A stretch of 44,996 nucleotides of DNA from an uncultured bacterium (GTDB taxonomy: Bacteria; T1Sed10-126; CAZEBV01): assembly GCA_964510695.1 (NCBI GenBank), contig CAZEBV010000001.1:1-44996 (forward strand), given 5' to 3'. Of this stretch, positions 9,552-17,825 are shown in pieces. The notes under the pieces were generated by a model. It saw only the letters and a program-made list of their open reading frames with translations, was not told the DNA's origin and did no database searches. The translations under genes were made by a program, and so were the position numbers. Numbering within the stretch: position 1 is the first letter of the stretch; each line of letters starts with the position of its first letter.

Positions 9552-10263
9552 CGAAGATCGTCTCGACCTCGTTGGTCAGCTCGGACAGGACGGCCCGGCG
9601 CTTCTTGTCGTCGTCGATGTGTTTCTCGAGGGCGTTCTTGACGGTCAGCCCGAGCCGGTCCACGATGCCCAAAAACTGATCGCGCTGAAGGAACTGCGCC
9701 AGCATCTCGGCTCGCCGGCGCTCCTTGTCCACCAGCCGGCCACGCAGGTCGATCAGATCCTCCAGCTGGGACCAGGTGGCGCGGTGACTGCGCAAGGCCT
9801 GGGCGCCCTCCATGATCTTGCGGACGCCTTCCCGCTTCAGCTCGGGGTCCTCGGCGTCCTGGCCGGCCTCGAACTTCTGGACCCCCTCCTCGAGGGTCTC
9901 GATCGAGGCGGCCACGCCCCCCTCGCCCAGCTGCTCCAAAAGCTCGGACATCCGGGCCTGGGTGAGCCCGATCTCATCGCGCAGGGACATATACTCCTCG
10001 TCCTCGAGGGCGGCCTCGAAGCGTTCGCGCAGGTCGCTGGGGAGGACCTTCGAGTAGCGGCCGTGCTTATGGTTCGGGTGGGCCAGCCCCTTCGCCGCGT
10101 TGCCGCCGTGGTGCTTGCAGCGCCCATCGACGCGCTGCTTGCAGTAACCGGGGCCCGCCCAGGGGCCGGGCGGTTGCTTGGGGAGGTCGGATCGGCCCTT
10201 CTTGCGTCCGTTGCACCGGGTGCCCTTGGTGTCGTCCTCGCCGACGACGGGCTCCTCGCTCAT
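9544..10263 (-). CDS. Terminase small subunit (putative)
   Basis: Overlaps terL by 8 nt. N-terminal Cys/His cluster and an HPNHKHGRYS-type motif seen in some small terminases, followed by coiled coil. Confidence 0.6.
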   Translation of the reverse strand: MSEEPVVGEDDTKGTRCNGRKKGRSDLPKQPPGPWAGPGYCKQRVDGRCKHHGGNAAKGLAHPNHKHGRYSKVLPSDLRERFEAALEDEEYMSLRDEIGLTQARMSELLEQLGEGGVAASIETLEEGVQKFEAGQDAEDPELKREGVRKIMEGAQALRSHRATWSQLEDLIDLRGRLVDKERRRAEMLAQFLQRDQFLGIVDRLGLTVKNALEKHIDDDKKRRAVLSELTNEVETIFDG

Positions 10264-10302
10264 GGGCTTACCGGCGGTTCATGGGCTACTCGAGGGATCG
10301 GA

Positions 10303-10500
10303 TCAGACGTCCAGCCGGCGTTCGCGGTCCTCGAGGGCACCCAGGGCGGTACCGTCGGCAGGGTTTGTGCGTCGGAGGTTGGCGACCAAACTATCCCGGA
10401 GTTTCTCGAGCCCCGGTTCGACCTCTCGGCCGTTCCCCATGCTGTCGAGCATCTCCTGCATGTCTCCCGCGGGATCAGCGCCTTCCTCGTCCCAGCTCAT
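10303..10500 (-). CDS. Hypothetical small acidic protein
   Basis: 65 aa. ATGA overlap with the upstream ORF. Confidence 0.5.
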   Translation of the reverse strand: MSWDEEGADPAGDMQEMLDSMGNGREVEPGLEKLRDSLVANLRRTNPADGTALGALEDRERRLDV

Positions 10501-10733
10501 GCCCGGTCACCCTCCTGGAGCCACTCAGGGGGTTCTTGTGCGTAGCATCCGACGGGATCGTGGTTTTTGCAGTCGGGGTTGGCGCAGAACCAGGTGTAGT
10601 CGTAGCCGGCGCCCCGTTGTTCATCGGGGTATAGTCGGGGGGTTTCGACCGCTTCGGTGTGGCCGGTGACGACCGCGGGATAGCCGCAGTTATCACACCA
10701 GCCTTTCAGCCAGGCGTCATCGCTCGTGGCCAC
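10497..10733 (-). CDS. Small Cys-rich (zinc-finger-like) protein
   Basis: CDNCG ... CANPDCKNHDPVGC. GTG start preceded by CTTGGGGAGTAGG and by the palindrome at 10756. Confidence 0.6.
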   Translation of the reverse strand: MATSDDAWLKGWCDNCGYPAVVTGHTEAVETPRLYPDEQRGAGYDYTWFCANPDCKNHDPVGCYAQEPPEWLQEGDRA

Positions 10734-10755
10734 GGCAGCCTACTCCCCAAGCAGG

Positions 10756-10769
10756 TTTACGCGCATAAA
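10756..10769. repeat. Palindrome copy 2, TTTACGCGCATAAA (one mismatch)
   Basis: Abuts the stop codon at 10770. Sits upstream of the small-gene/terminase block. Confidence 0.7.
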
Positions 10770-11150
10770 TCAGACCAAGGTCGCCCCGGGTCTGTTCAGG
10801 TGAGGCGGGGCGGCGTCATAGAAATGGAGCCAGTGGTTCTTGAGCTTGAATCGACGCATCACCAAAAAGAAGTCGGCGGGCGGACACATCACGAACCGCA
10901 AAAAATACCACGGCGGCATCAGCGCAAGCAGGTTCCCGGCGGCGTGATCGTCCATCTCGCACTCCATGGTGACCGTGACTTCCTGATCGACCGCGAAGTG
11001 ACCCTCGGGGATGGGCTCGAAGTCCGGGTCGGCCTCGGGCTCAAATCGTTCCCGATCGGCCTCGAGGACAAACGAATCCACCTCGGCGACGTTATCCATT
11101 CCGTCTCGGCCACCCATCCCGATCGGATCGAAACGGGGCCGCCCGCTCAA
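10770..11150 (-). CDS. Hypothetical protein
   Basis: 126-aa ORF. Start is uncertain (internal ATGs at 11117 and 11099). Stop abuts the palindrome at 10756. Confidence 0.45.
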   Translation of the reverse strand: MSGRPRFDPIGMGGRDGMDNVAEVDSFVLEADRERFEPEADPDFEPIPEGHFAVDQEVTVTMECEMDDHAAGNLLALMPPWYFLRFVMCPPADFFLVMRRFKLKNHWLHFYDAAPPHLNRPGATLV

Positions 11151-11262
11151 GCGCGCCGTACCGACCGAAGGTCATCCAATAGAGAAGTCGGCGGGGCAGA
11201 GGGGCCGGCACAGCCACGACCACGTCCCCGGCTTCGAGGTCCTCGGCGGCCTCCATTTTCAT
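11092..11262 (-). CDS. Hypothetical 56-aa ORF
   Basis: Strong GGAAGGAG SD 7 nt before the ATG. Overlaps the start of 10770..11150, so this could be one gene with a frameshift. Confidence 0.3.
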   Translation of the reverse strand: MKMEAAEDLEAGDVVVAVPAPLPRRLLYWMTFGRYGALERAAPFRSDRDGWPRRNG

Positions 11263-11473
11263 CGGGCATCTCCTTCCGGGTCGAGGGTTAGGATGGCGCA
11301 ACGACAGTTTACGTGACGCGGGGGCGTTAGGGGACCGAAAAGACGTCCTGACCGGTGGGCAGGCGCGGTGATGGTCAGGCTTCGGAACGTCTTGCAATCG
11401 ACCAGGCCTCCACGGTACTGCTGGGCGTAGATTTGCCCCCGGATGGAGAGCTTCCGGGTCAAAAACGGCGATC

Positions 11474-11779
11474 TCACGACCGGTCCCTCGTGCGGGCCTT
11501 CTCCGGGATGCGCCACTCGGCGTCCGCGCCCCCACCGTCGACGTCCGCCGTCACCACGACCACGTAGTGCTCGCCCACCTGGAGCGTCCCGTCAATCCCG
11601 AAGGTGCCGGAGTAGTCGCCCTTCTCAGCCGCGTCGTCCAGCGTGATGGGGCCCTTCAGCTGGTTGCCGTCCCGGTCCTCGATCGTGGCCTGGACCGTGG
11701 CCCCGTCCAGTCGCTCCCCGGTGGCCGCGTCCCGCAGGTCCGAGACCACAACCAGGATCTCGTTGTCCACGTACAGCAT
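11474..11779 (-). CDS. Small beta-sandwich (Ig-like) protein, probably a virion accessory
   Basis: 101 aa with alternating beta-strand pattern (ILVVVSD..ATVQATIED..HYVVVVTADV). TGATG coupling with the upstream mini-ORF. Confidence 0.6.
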   Translation of the reverse strand: MLYVDNEILVVVSDLRDAATGERLDGATVQATIEDRDGNQLKGPITLDDAAEKGDYSGTFGIDGTLQVGEHYVVVVTADVDGGGADAEWRIPEKARTRDRS

Positions 11780-11943
11780 CAGCCCATCGCCTCCAGCGGT
11801 ACGTCCGGGTCGATGTGGACGGACGCGCGGTATCGAGGCCCGATCGTAATGTCGGCGTCGACCGGGCCCTGAACGCCCCCGGCCAGCGTCTCCTGGTCGG
11901 CGGTCACGGTGCCCCGGACGTCCCCGTGCTGATCGCGGCTCAT
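11779..11943 (-). CDS. Hypothetical 54-aa protein (below the ORF-track length cut-off)
   Basis: ATG 11943 with GAGGGG SD. Its stop TGA overlaps the ATG of the next gene. High GC at third codon positions. Confidence 0.45.
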   Translation of the reverse strand: MSRDQHGDVRGTVTADQETLAGGVQGPVDADITIGPRYRASVHIDPDVPLEAMG

Positions 11944-11956
11944 TCAGGCCATCCCC

Positions 11957-13171
11957 TCAGAAGTTTTGCTCGAAGATCGGCTCGTAGGAGAACGTTCCCG
12001 TCGACGTCGACTTCAGCAGGACGACCACGATGTCCCGAGGGCTCACGAACCGCTTTCGGTCCCGCGCCGAGCCCTCCCCGGCCCCGATGCTTTTGCCCTG
12101 GCCGGCCGGGTAGAGCGCCTGTCCGCCCACCTGGAAGCCGCCAGGGTCGTCCTGGGTGCCGGCCACGGTGCCATCGCCGCCGGGGATGCCGTCCACGTCG
12201 GTGCGGGTCTCGATCACGTTGTTCTGGGCGTTCCACTCCGGGGGCACACTCCAGGAGTCCGTACCGGCAAAGGTGACCTTGTCGGGGCTCATCGCCTGCA
12301 CCGTCACCTTGACCCGATCGGAGACGGTGTATTGCAGGGGCGTGATCGAAAGCAGCTGCACATCGGTCATCTTGCGCCCGGGGTCCACCCGGAACGCCCG
12401 TACCGGCACGTAGGTGTTCGCCGTGCCGAGGTCATCGTCGAAGGGGGCTCGCTTCAGCCGGGACCGGCCGGTGGCATCCCCGTTGACGAAAAAGCCCACC
12501 GAGCCAAGCTCGAGGGTAAGCCCCGACGTCCCGGCGTCCGCCTTGACCTCGAACCGGATGGGGACGTTGCCGGTCCGGGGCCCGCGGGTGCCATCGTCGA
12601 CGCTCACCGACCCCAGCACCCCGTTGATCTGCTCGTGGCCGCGGGTGTAGGTCTGGCGGGCCTTGCTGACGCCGGTGTTGTACCAGTTCCAGGCCATCTC
12701 GTAGCGGGCGAACACCGTGAGGGCCACCTGCAGGTCGATGTTGCGGGTGACCTTGACCGAGCCCCCGCGAAGGATCTGGAGATCGGCCTGTTCCGGGTCG
12801 TGGGACCCGGTGTGCTCGATGCGCCATCCGTCCTCGCCGTCGTTGGGCCCCATTCGGACGTGATCGCCGGGGTTCAGCGCCTGGTTGATGGCGAGCGCCC
12901 AGGTCGTCACCGCCTCATACCCCACCACGTAACGGGGCCGCTCGGTGGTCTCCATCACCACCGACTCCCCGGCGGCCGGCGACAGCGCGTGGACGTCGTC
13001 CTGATGGGCATACTGGTCCACGGTGCCATACTCCGGAAACTGTCGGACCCCATCCACGAACAACCGCCATCGCTCGGGGTTGTAGGGGTAGTGGCTGGGG
13101 ATGTCCAGCCGATGGGTGGTCCCGTCCGCGATCAGCTTCCCGAAAGCGTCCTCGTACTCGGGCATGGACAC
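11957..13171 (-). CDS. Putative virion/receptor-binding protein of unrecognised family
   Basis: 404 aa, beta-rich, directly downstream of the tailspike gene. I recognise no motif. Confidence 0.65.
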   Translation of the reverse strand: MSMPEYEDAFGKLIADGTTHRLDIPSHYPYNPERWRLFVDGVRQFPEYGTVDQYAHQDDVHALSPAAGESVVMETTERPRYVVGYEAVTTWALAINQALNPGDHVRMGPNDGEDGWRIEHTGSHDPEQADLQILRGGSVKVTRNIDLQVALTVFARYEMAWNWYNTGVSKARQTYTRGHEQINGVLGSVSVDDGTRGPRTGNVPIRFEVKADAGTSGLTLELGSVGFFVNGDATGRSRLKRAPFDDDLGTANTYVPVRAFRVDPGRKMTDVQLLSITPLQYTVSDRVKVTVQAMSPDKVTFAGTDSWSVPPEWNAQNNVIETRTDVDGIPGGDGTVAGTQDDPGGFQVGGQALYPAGQGKSIGAGEGSARDRKRFVSPRDIVVVLLKSTSTGTFSYEPIFEQNF

Positions 13172-13208
13172 GGTTATCGAGCCTCGCGGTTCCGGTCGGG
13201 CGGTCCCA

Positions 13209-15152
13209 TCAGTACGCGATCGTCACGGAATTGTCCTCGACCCGGACGTACTGGCTGTTCCCCGGGTCCGATCGGTAGAGCCCCGCGGCGGGGGTGCCGG
13301 ACCCGTCGTGATGGTAGTAGCGGACCTCGGAGGGGTCGTCGGACTTGCTCGTGAGATCAACCGGCACCAGCCGGGTGGCGGTGAACTCGGCGGAACGGTC
13401 GCGCTCGTCAATCATCTTCGCACCGGTCCGGTCGGCGATCACTCCACGTACCAACGCCACCGAGGTGCTGAACGGGTTTAAGCTGTGGTCCGGATGCCAG
13501 ACCAAGAACGGCCTGTTGCCGTCCTTGTCAACCAGCTCGATGTTGATGTTCAGGTTCGAGTCGGGGCGCAACTTGACGTCGCCTCCCCGGATCTCCGCCC
13601 CGCCCGTCGACAGGATCTCCCCGTCCATGTCGAGGTCGTCCGAGAGCACCACGCCCCCGGTCGTGTTCCCCACACGATTCATTCCCCGCCAGTTCGGCAC
13701 CGACAGGGACGGGTGCCATCGGTTGCCGACGATGAGCCAATCCCCCAGACCGCCGCCGAGTCTTAGGGGGTCGCCCGTGTTGCCGTCCAGCGCGATCGTG
13801 TTGGAGGCGATCAGGCCGTCGCCCCCGCCGGCAACCTCAACCCCCACGTCCAAAACGTCTACCTGGTTCCCGACGAACTGGACACGATCGCAGTTGATGT
13901 AGGCCGCATGCGTCCACTGACCCCGGATGTCGTTCCCCACGATCAGCACGTCCCGACCGCTCCCTCCGGAGCTATTCAGACGGATGTCGATGGCTTCGCC
14001 GAGGGTCAGACCGGCATCCGTCTGGACCATCTCGTTGCCCCGGATCAGGACGTCGACGTAATTGTTCTCGTTGAGACCCCGGCCGAGGATGATGAAATTG
14101 TTGCAGTTCGCGTCGGGCAGGGCGCGGTTGTTCTCGATGATCCAGTGGCCGTTCACCGCCCCGGGATTATCCCTGGTCGCCCCGACGTGGGAACCGTTTA
14201 CGTGTGTGCCAAAAACGCAGTTCCGGACGGTCACGTAGTCGCCCAGTCGAGTGTCGTTCGGCTCGGTCACCTGGAAGGCGACGTGCCGGTCGTAGCCGTG
14301 CGTGAACCGGCACCCGAGGACCTGCACACGCTCCCCGGAGACCCCGACCCCCCGGTCTCCCACGTCGTCAAAGTGGCAGTCAATCACGTCCACGTACTTC
14401 GACTCGCGCAGGATGATCACGGCGGACCCGCCGCTGTTGTGCTCGTGATAGGGGTGGGTCCGTGTGAAGTAGCACCGCCGGATCTGGACGTCCTCGGCGC
14501 GGCGGATGTAGCAGCCGTGTAGCCGCTTCACGGTGTCGTCCTGATTGTCCGTGTTCCCATGGTAGCCCAGGTCCTCGATCGTCACACGATTCGCCCGGGT
14601 CCCGCCCAGCTCCCCCAGCCGGAAGCCCCCGACGTCAGCCCCGTCCTCGGGCTTTATGATCGTGTTCTGGCGGCCCGCGCCGCGGATCGTGACGTCGTCG
14701 GCGGTGATGTCCAGCCACTGCGAGGTGCGAAACGTCCCCGGGAAAAGGCGGATCGTCTCGCCGTCGGAGAGCTTGCCGATGGCGTCCTCCAGGGAGGGGC
14801 CATCGTAGACCACGTAGTCCGCCTCGGGGAACAGCTGGGCGGGGATCTCCGTGGTCACGACCTTCGAGCCCTCGGAGAAGTCGATCAGGCTGCCGGTCGT
14901 GGACCGATAGACCCGATCCCGGACCAGGTGCCCGTTAACGTCCAGGTGGCACCGGCTGATCTCCCACTCGTCGGCGGCGTTCGGGTTGCGAATGTACGCC
15001 CAGAACGCCTCGGCGACCGTCGGGTCGTCCCCGGCCGTGTTCGCCGCCTCCTGGAAGGTACGATACGACTTGTCCGTGACGGCCGTGAGCGGAAGCGAGC
15101 CGGTCCCGGTTTCCTTGGTGCGCTCATAGACGTTGTCGTAGAACGCGGTCAC
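13209..15152 (-). CDS. Tailspike / depolymerase with a right-handed parallel beta-helix (pectate-lyase fold)
   Basis: Repeated beta-helix rungs (VTIRGAG, VTIEDLGYHGN, VQIRRCYF, VDVIDCHF, VQVLGCRF, VTVRNCVF, WIIENN, VLIRGNE, VLIVGNDI, VQFVGNQV, LIASNTI). Confidence 0.8.
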   Translation of the reverse strand: MTAFYDNVYERTKETGTGSLPLTAVTDKSYRTFQEAANTAGDDPTVAEAFWAYIRNPNAADEWEISRCHLDVNGHLVRDRVYRSTTGSLIDFSEGSKVVTTEIPAQLFPEADYVVYDGPSLEDAIGKLSDGETIRLFPGTFRTSQWLDITADDVTIRGAGRQNTIIKPEDGADVGGFRLGELGGTRANRVTIEDLGYHGNTDNQDDTVKRLHGCYIRRAEDVQIRRCYFTRTHPYHEHNSGGSAVIILRESKYVDVIDCHFDDVGDRGVGVSGERVQVLGCRFTHGYDRHVAFQVTEPNDTRLGDYVTVRNCVFGTHVNGSHVGATRDNPGAVNGHWIIENNRALPDANCNNFIILGRGLNENNYVDVLIRGNEMVQTDAGLTLGEAIDIRLNSSGGSGRDVLIVGNDIRGQWTHAAYINCDRVQFVGNQVDVLDVGVEVAGGGDGLIASNTIALDGNTGDPLRLGGGLGDWLIVGNRWHPSLSVPNWRGMNRVGNTTGGVVLSDDLDMDGEILSTGGAEIRGGDVKLRPDSNLNINIELVDKDGNRPFLVWHPDHSLNPFSTSVALVRGVIADRTGAKMIDERDRSAEFTATRLVPVDLTSKSDDPSEVRYYHHDGSGTPAAGLYRSDPGNSQYVRVEDNSVTIAY

Positions 15153-15265
15153 GTCAGTCGGCCTCCCCGCGGGTCTCGACGTCCTCGATCACGTCGTCGG
15201 TGTCGTCGTCAGAGTCCCCTTCATCGTCCGAATCTTCGGAGGGCTCGTCCATCCTATCGGGGGTG

Positions 15266-15652
15266 TCAGGCACCACGGTCGGCCTCCTCCTGGGATTTCA
15301 GGGCCGCCACGACCGCGGCCCGTTCTCGAGATTCCGACCAGTGATACGTGCCACCAAAAACGTAGGCGTAGTAGACGTCCCCGAGTTCTGGATCAGGCCT
15401 TTGTTGCCAGCCCCAGCCGTCCCCGTAGCGCCCGGCGGCCGTCTCCAGCACGTCCAGCGCCTTGTCCGCGTCCTCGGTGGGATCGTAGGCCCCCTGCGGG
15501 AAATAGGCCTCGACGCGCTCGCCATCCTCGTATCGCTCCCAACCCAGCACGCCGCCCTCCTCGAAGGGCTCGAAGCCCATGAACTCGGCCGCCCGCCGGT
15601 CCAGGGTCTCGTCGACGACCTCGCGCCAGTCGGTGTCAGGCATGGTCCTCAT
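15266..15652 (-). CDS. Hypothetical protein
   Basis: 128-aa ORF with normal amino-acid composition. Overlaps the upstream gene by 17 nt. Confidence 0.6.
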   Translation of the reverse strand: MRTMPDTDWREVVDETLDRRAAEFMGFEPFEEGGVLGWERYEDGERVEAYFPQGAYDPTEDADKALDVLETAAGRYGDGWGWQQRPDPELGDVYYAYVFGGTYHWSESRERAAVVAALKSQEEADRGA

Positions 15653-16157
15653 CCCCCGACCCCAGCGGCATCCGTCCGGTCTCCAGGATCTCGCCCAGCG
15701 TGGCGGTGCCGTCCGGGGCCAGCATGTAGGGGAGAAGCGGCTGGGAGCCCGGCGCGAGCATCCGGAGGTTGTGCTGGTTCTCCAGGCACTCCCTCACCGT
15801 GTAGAGGGCCTGTTTTCGGGCCTTCTTCCGCTGATTCTCCGAGGGATCCTTCCGGTCCGGGTCGAAGGGCAGGGCCGCGACCGTCAGCTCCCCCGGGTTT
15901 CCGTGGATGGTGAACTCAATCACGTAGCCCTCTCGGGGCGGGTCGAAGGCGTTAAACGTGCCTCGCCGGATGGCCGAGACCACCCCGCCCAGCTTCTCGA
16001 CGGCCCGGCGGATGTCCGCCTTGAGCTGGCTTTCCGTTTTTTTGGTCTCGTGTCCGCGGACCCCGTGCTCCTGGGTGCTGGCCTCGCGGAAGAAGGGCAC
16101 ATCGACGCCGTTGGGGCCGTCCGTCTGCTCATCGTTGGGCTCGAAGCCAAACGCCAT
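15636..16157 (-). CDS. Hypothetical protein (first gene after the parB-adjacent palindrome)
   Basis: 173 aa. GAGAGGAGG SD before ATG 16157. Confidence 0.6.
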   Translation of the reverse strand: MAFGFEPNDEQTDGPNGVDVPFFREASTQEHGVRGHETKKTESQLKADIRRAVEKLGGVVSAIRRGTFNAFDPPREGYVIEFTIHGNPGELTVAALPFDPDRKDPSENQRKKARKQALYTVRECLENQHNLRMLAPGSQPLLPYMLAPDGTATLGEILETGRMPLGSGDEDHA

Positions 16158-16178
16158 CAGGCAACCGCCTCCTCTCGG

Positions 16179-16196
16179 GATTTACGCGCGTAAATC
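16179..16196. repeat. Palindrome copy 3, an 18-bp perfect GATTTACGCGCGTAAATC
   Basis: Overlaps the parB TGA (16195..16197). Lies 22 nt upstream of ATG 16157. Confidence 0.85.
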
Positions 16197-17778
16197 AAAG
16201 GTGTTCGAGGACGTAGTCGCGGATCGTCTCGTGGTCCTCCGGGTGTTCGGCCGGGGCGTGGTCTGTTTCGGCCACGTCGGGGACGTCCTCCTGACCGGGC
16301 TCGAGCTCTTTCGCCTCGAGGTACTCCGTCCAGTCGCCCCGGGTCGCCTCCAGGGCCGCCTCGTGAATGGAGCGAAGGTCGGCCGCATCCAGGCTCATCG
16401 TGAACAGGGCCCGGACGCTGTCGTTGCGACTCGACAGGCCAAGGGCCGGGCCCCGGAAGGTCAACACGCGGTTCAGCAGCTGCTCGGGGTCGTAGTGCTC
16501 CTCGGCCCATTGGGTCAGGGTCTCGAAGACGGCCTCGGGGTCCTCCCCGTGATTGTTCTGGTTCATGATCGAGAACTTGTTGTAGCCCCTGTCGTTGTCC
16601 TCGGGTTCCCAGCCGATCGCGCCGGCCAGAAGCTCCTCGTAGAGGGGCTTGGTGAAGTGCGTGCTGTCCAGGGCGGCCACCAGCCGCTCCCACAGCGTGA
16701 TGCCGACCTCGCCGACGTTGACCCGATCGGCCAGCACCTCGGCGAAGTGATCCACGTAGTTGCCCTTGATCTTGGTCCGACAGTCGGCCACCCGTTCCGC
16801 GACGGTGCGCTCGGATTGGCCGACGGACTCATCATCGTCGCTGCTCATGTAGTCCTCGTAGAGCTGGCGGGTCTTTTGCCACTCCTGCTCGAGCTCGCCG
16901 TCGAACTGACCCGACTCGAGCATCTTGAACGCCCGCTCGATCCGAAAGGACACAAGCTCATCCGCCTTGATGGCCTCCCGCACTGCGTTGGCCTGCCGGC
17001 GATGCCAGCGCTGGACCTGGTCCGATCGGTCCGCGTTCGTGATCCATTCGTAGTCGGCGACCTCGTGGCGGTGCTCATCCTCGAAGGCCCGGACGTCGTC
17101 GGGGTCGAACAGGATCTCGTGGTCGAAGTCGACCGACTCGAGGGGCATGACCCGCGGATCCTCCACCAGAAACCGCCGGGTGTGCCGATCGAGGATCCGC
17201 GTCGGCACCTCCTCCTCCACGATCGACTCGGCCAGGTCCCCGACCAAATCCTTCCCCAGCGGCACGACCTCGAGCAGTTCCCGGGCGTGGGTCGAGGTCA
17301 GCTTCCCCTCGTTGACCAGCTGCCGGACGCGCCCCGGCAGATCCAGGAGGCTCATCCGCTGGGAGATGTACCCGGGGCTGTAGCCGACCTCCTCGGCGAG
17401 TGCTTCCTGGGTCTCATACCACTCGAGCAGCCCGGAGAGGGACTGCGCCTCCTCGATCGGGGAAAGATCGTCCCGTTCCACGTTCTCCAACAGCGCCAGC
17501 TTCGCGGCTTCCTCGTCGGAGAGGTCCCGCACGGTCGCCGGGACGGCCTCGAGGCCAACGGCGGCCGAAGCTCGGTAGCGACGCTCGCCGGCGACGATCT
17601 GGTACTCGGCGGATCCGTTGGGGGCCGGGCGCACCAGAAGCGGCTGCAGGATCCCGTGCTCCCGGATGCTCTCGACGAGCTCCTCGTGGGCCTGTTCCCC
17701 GAAGTGCTGGCGGGGCTGGTACGGGTTGGGCTCGAGGGCCTCGATCGGGACGTCCTTAATGGTGGTCTCGTTGCTCAT
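16195..17778 (-). CDS. parB: ParB/Spo0J-family protein (CTPase-type N-domain plus HTH) with a ~330-aa unrecognised C-terminal extension
   Basis: Box I LVESIREHGILQPLLVR, Box II GERRYRA, Box III LLENVERDDLSPIEEA, HTH TQEALAEEVGYSPGYISQRMSLLDLP. Stop codon abuts an 18-bp perfect palindrome. Confidence 0.85.
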   Translation of the reverse strand: MSNETTIKDVPIEALEPNPYQPRQHFGEQAHEELVESIREHGILQPLLVRPAPNGSAEYQIVAGERRYRASAAVGLEAVPATVRDLSDEEAAKLALLENVERDDLSPIEEAQSLSGLLEWYETQEALAEEVGYSPGYISQRMSLLDLPGRVRQLVNEGKLTSTHARELLEVVPLGKDLVGDLAESIVEEEVPTRILDRHTRRFLVEDPRVMPLESVDFDHEILFDPDDVRAFEDEHRHEVADYEWITNADRSDQVQRWHRRQANAVREAIKADELVSFRIERAFKMLESGQFDGELEQEWQKTRQLYEDYMSSDDDESVGQSERTVAERVADCRTKIKGNYVDHFAEVLADRVNVGEVGITLWERLVAALDSTHFTKPLYEELLAGAIGWEPEDNDRGYNKFSIMNQNNHGEDPEAVFETLTQWAEEHYDPEQLLNRVLTFRGPALGLSSRNDSVRALFTMSLDAADLRSIHEAALEATRGDWTEYLEAKELEPGQEDVPDVAETDHAPAEHPEDHETIRDYVLEHL

Positions 17779-17825
17779 GGGTCCATCGCCTCCGGTGGCA
17801 GGGTTTTCATCGGGTCAATCTCAGA

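Noticed and set aside
11259-11516. A second functional MuF-family head protein, based on the PPRHVNCRC motif.
   Set aside because: It is only 85 aa, lacks the rest of the domain and overlaps the neighbouring gene. I kept it as a possible remnant in the findings rather than as a feature.
15154-15252. A 32-codon all-acidic mini-ORF (MDEPSEDSDDEGDSDDDTDDVIEDVETRGEAD) just upstream of the tailspike gene.
   Set aside because: It has no convincing SD. The composition could simply reflect GTC/GTCG repeats read in the opposite sense. It is too short to support without expression data.
16195-17778. A plasmid-prophage partition system (ParA/ParB).
   Set aside because: No Walker-type ParA is encoded anywhere in the window, and the phage carries an integrase with a tRNA-derived attP. 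ParB is therefore treated as an orphan with another role.
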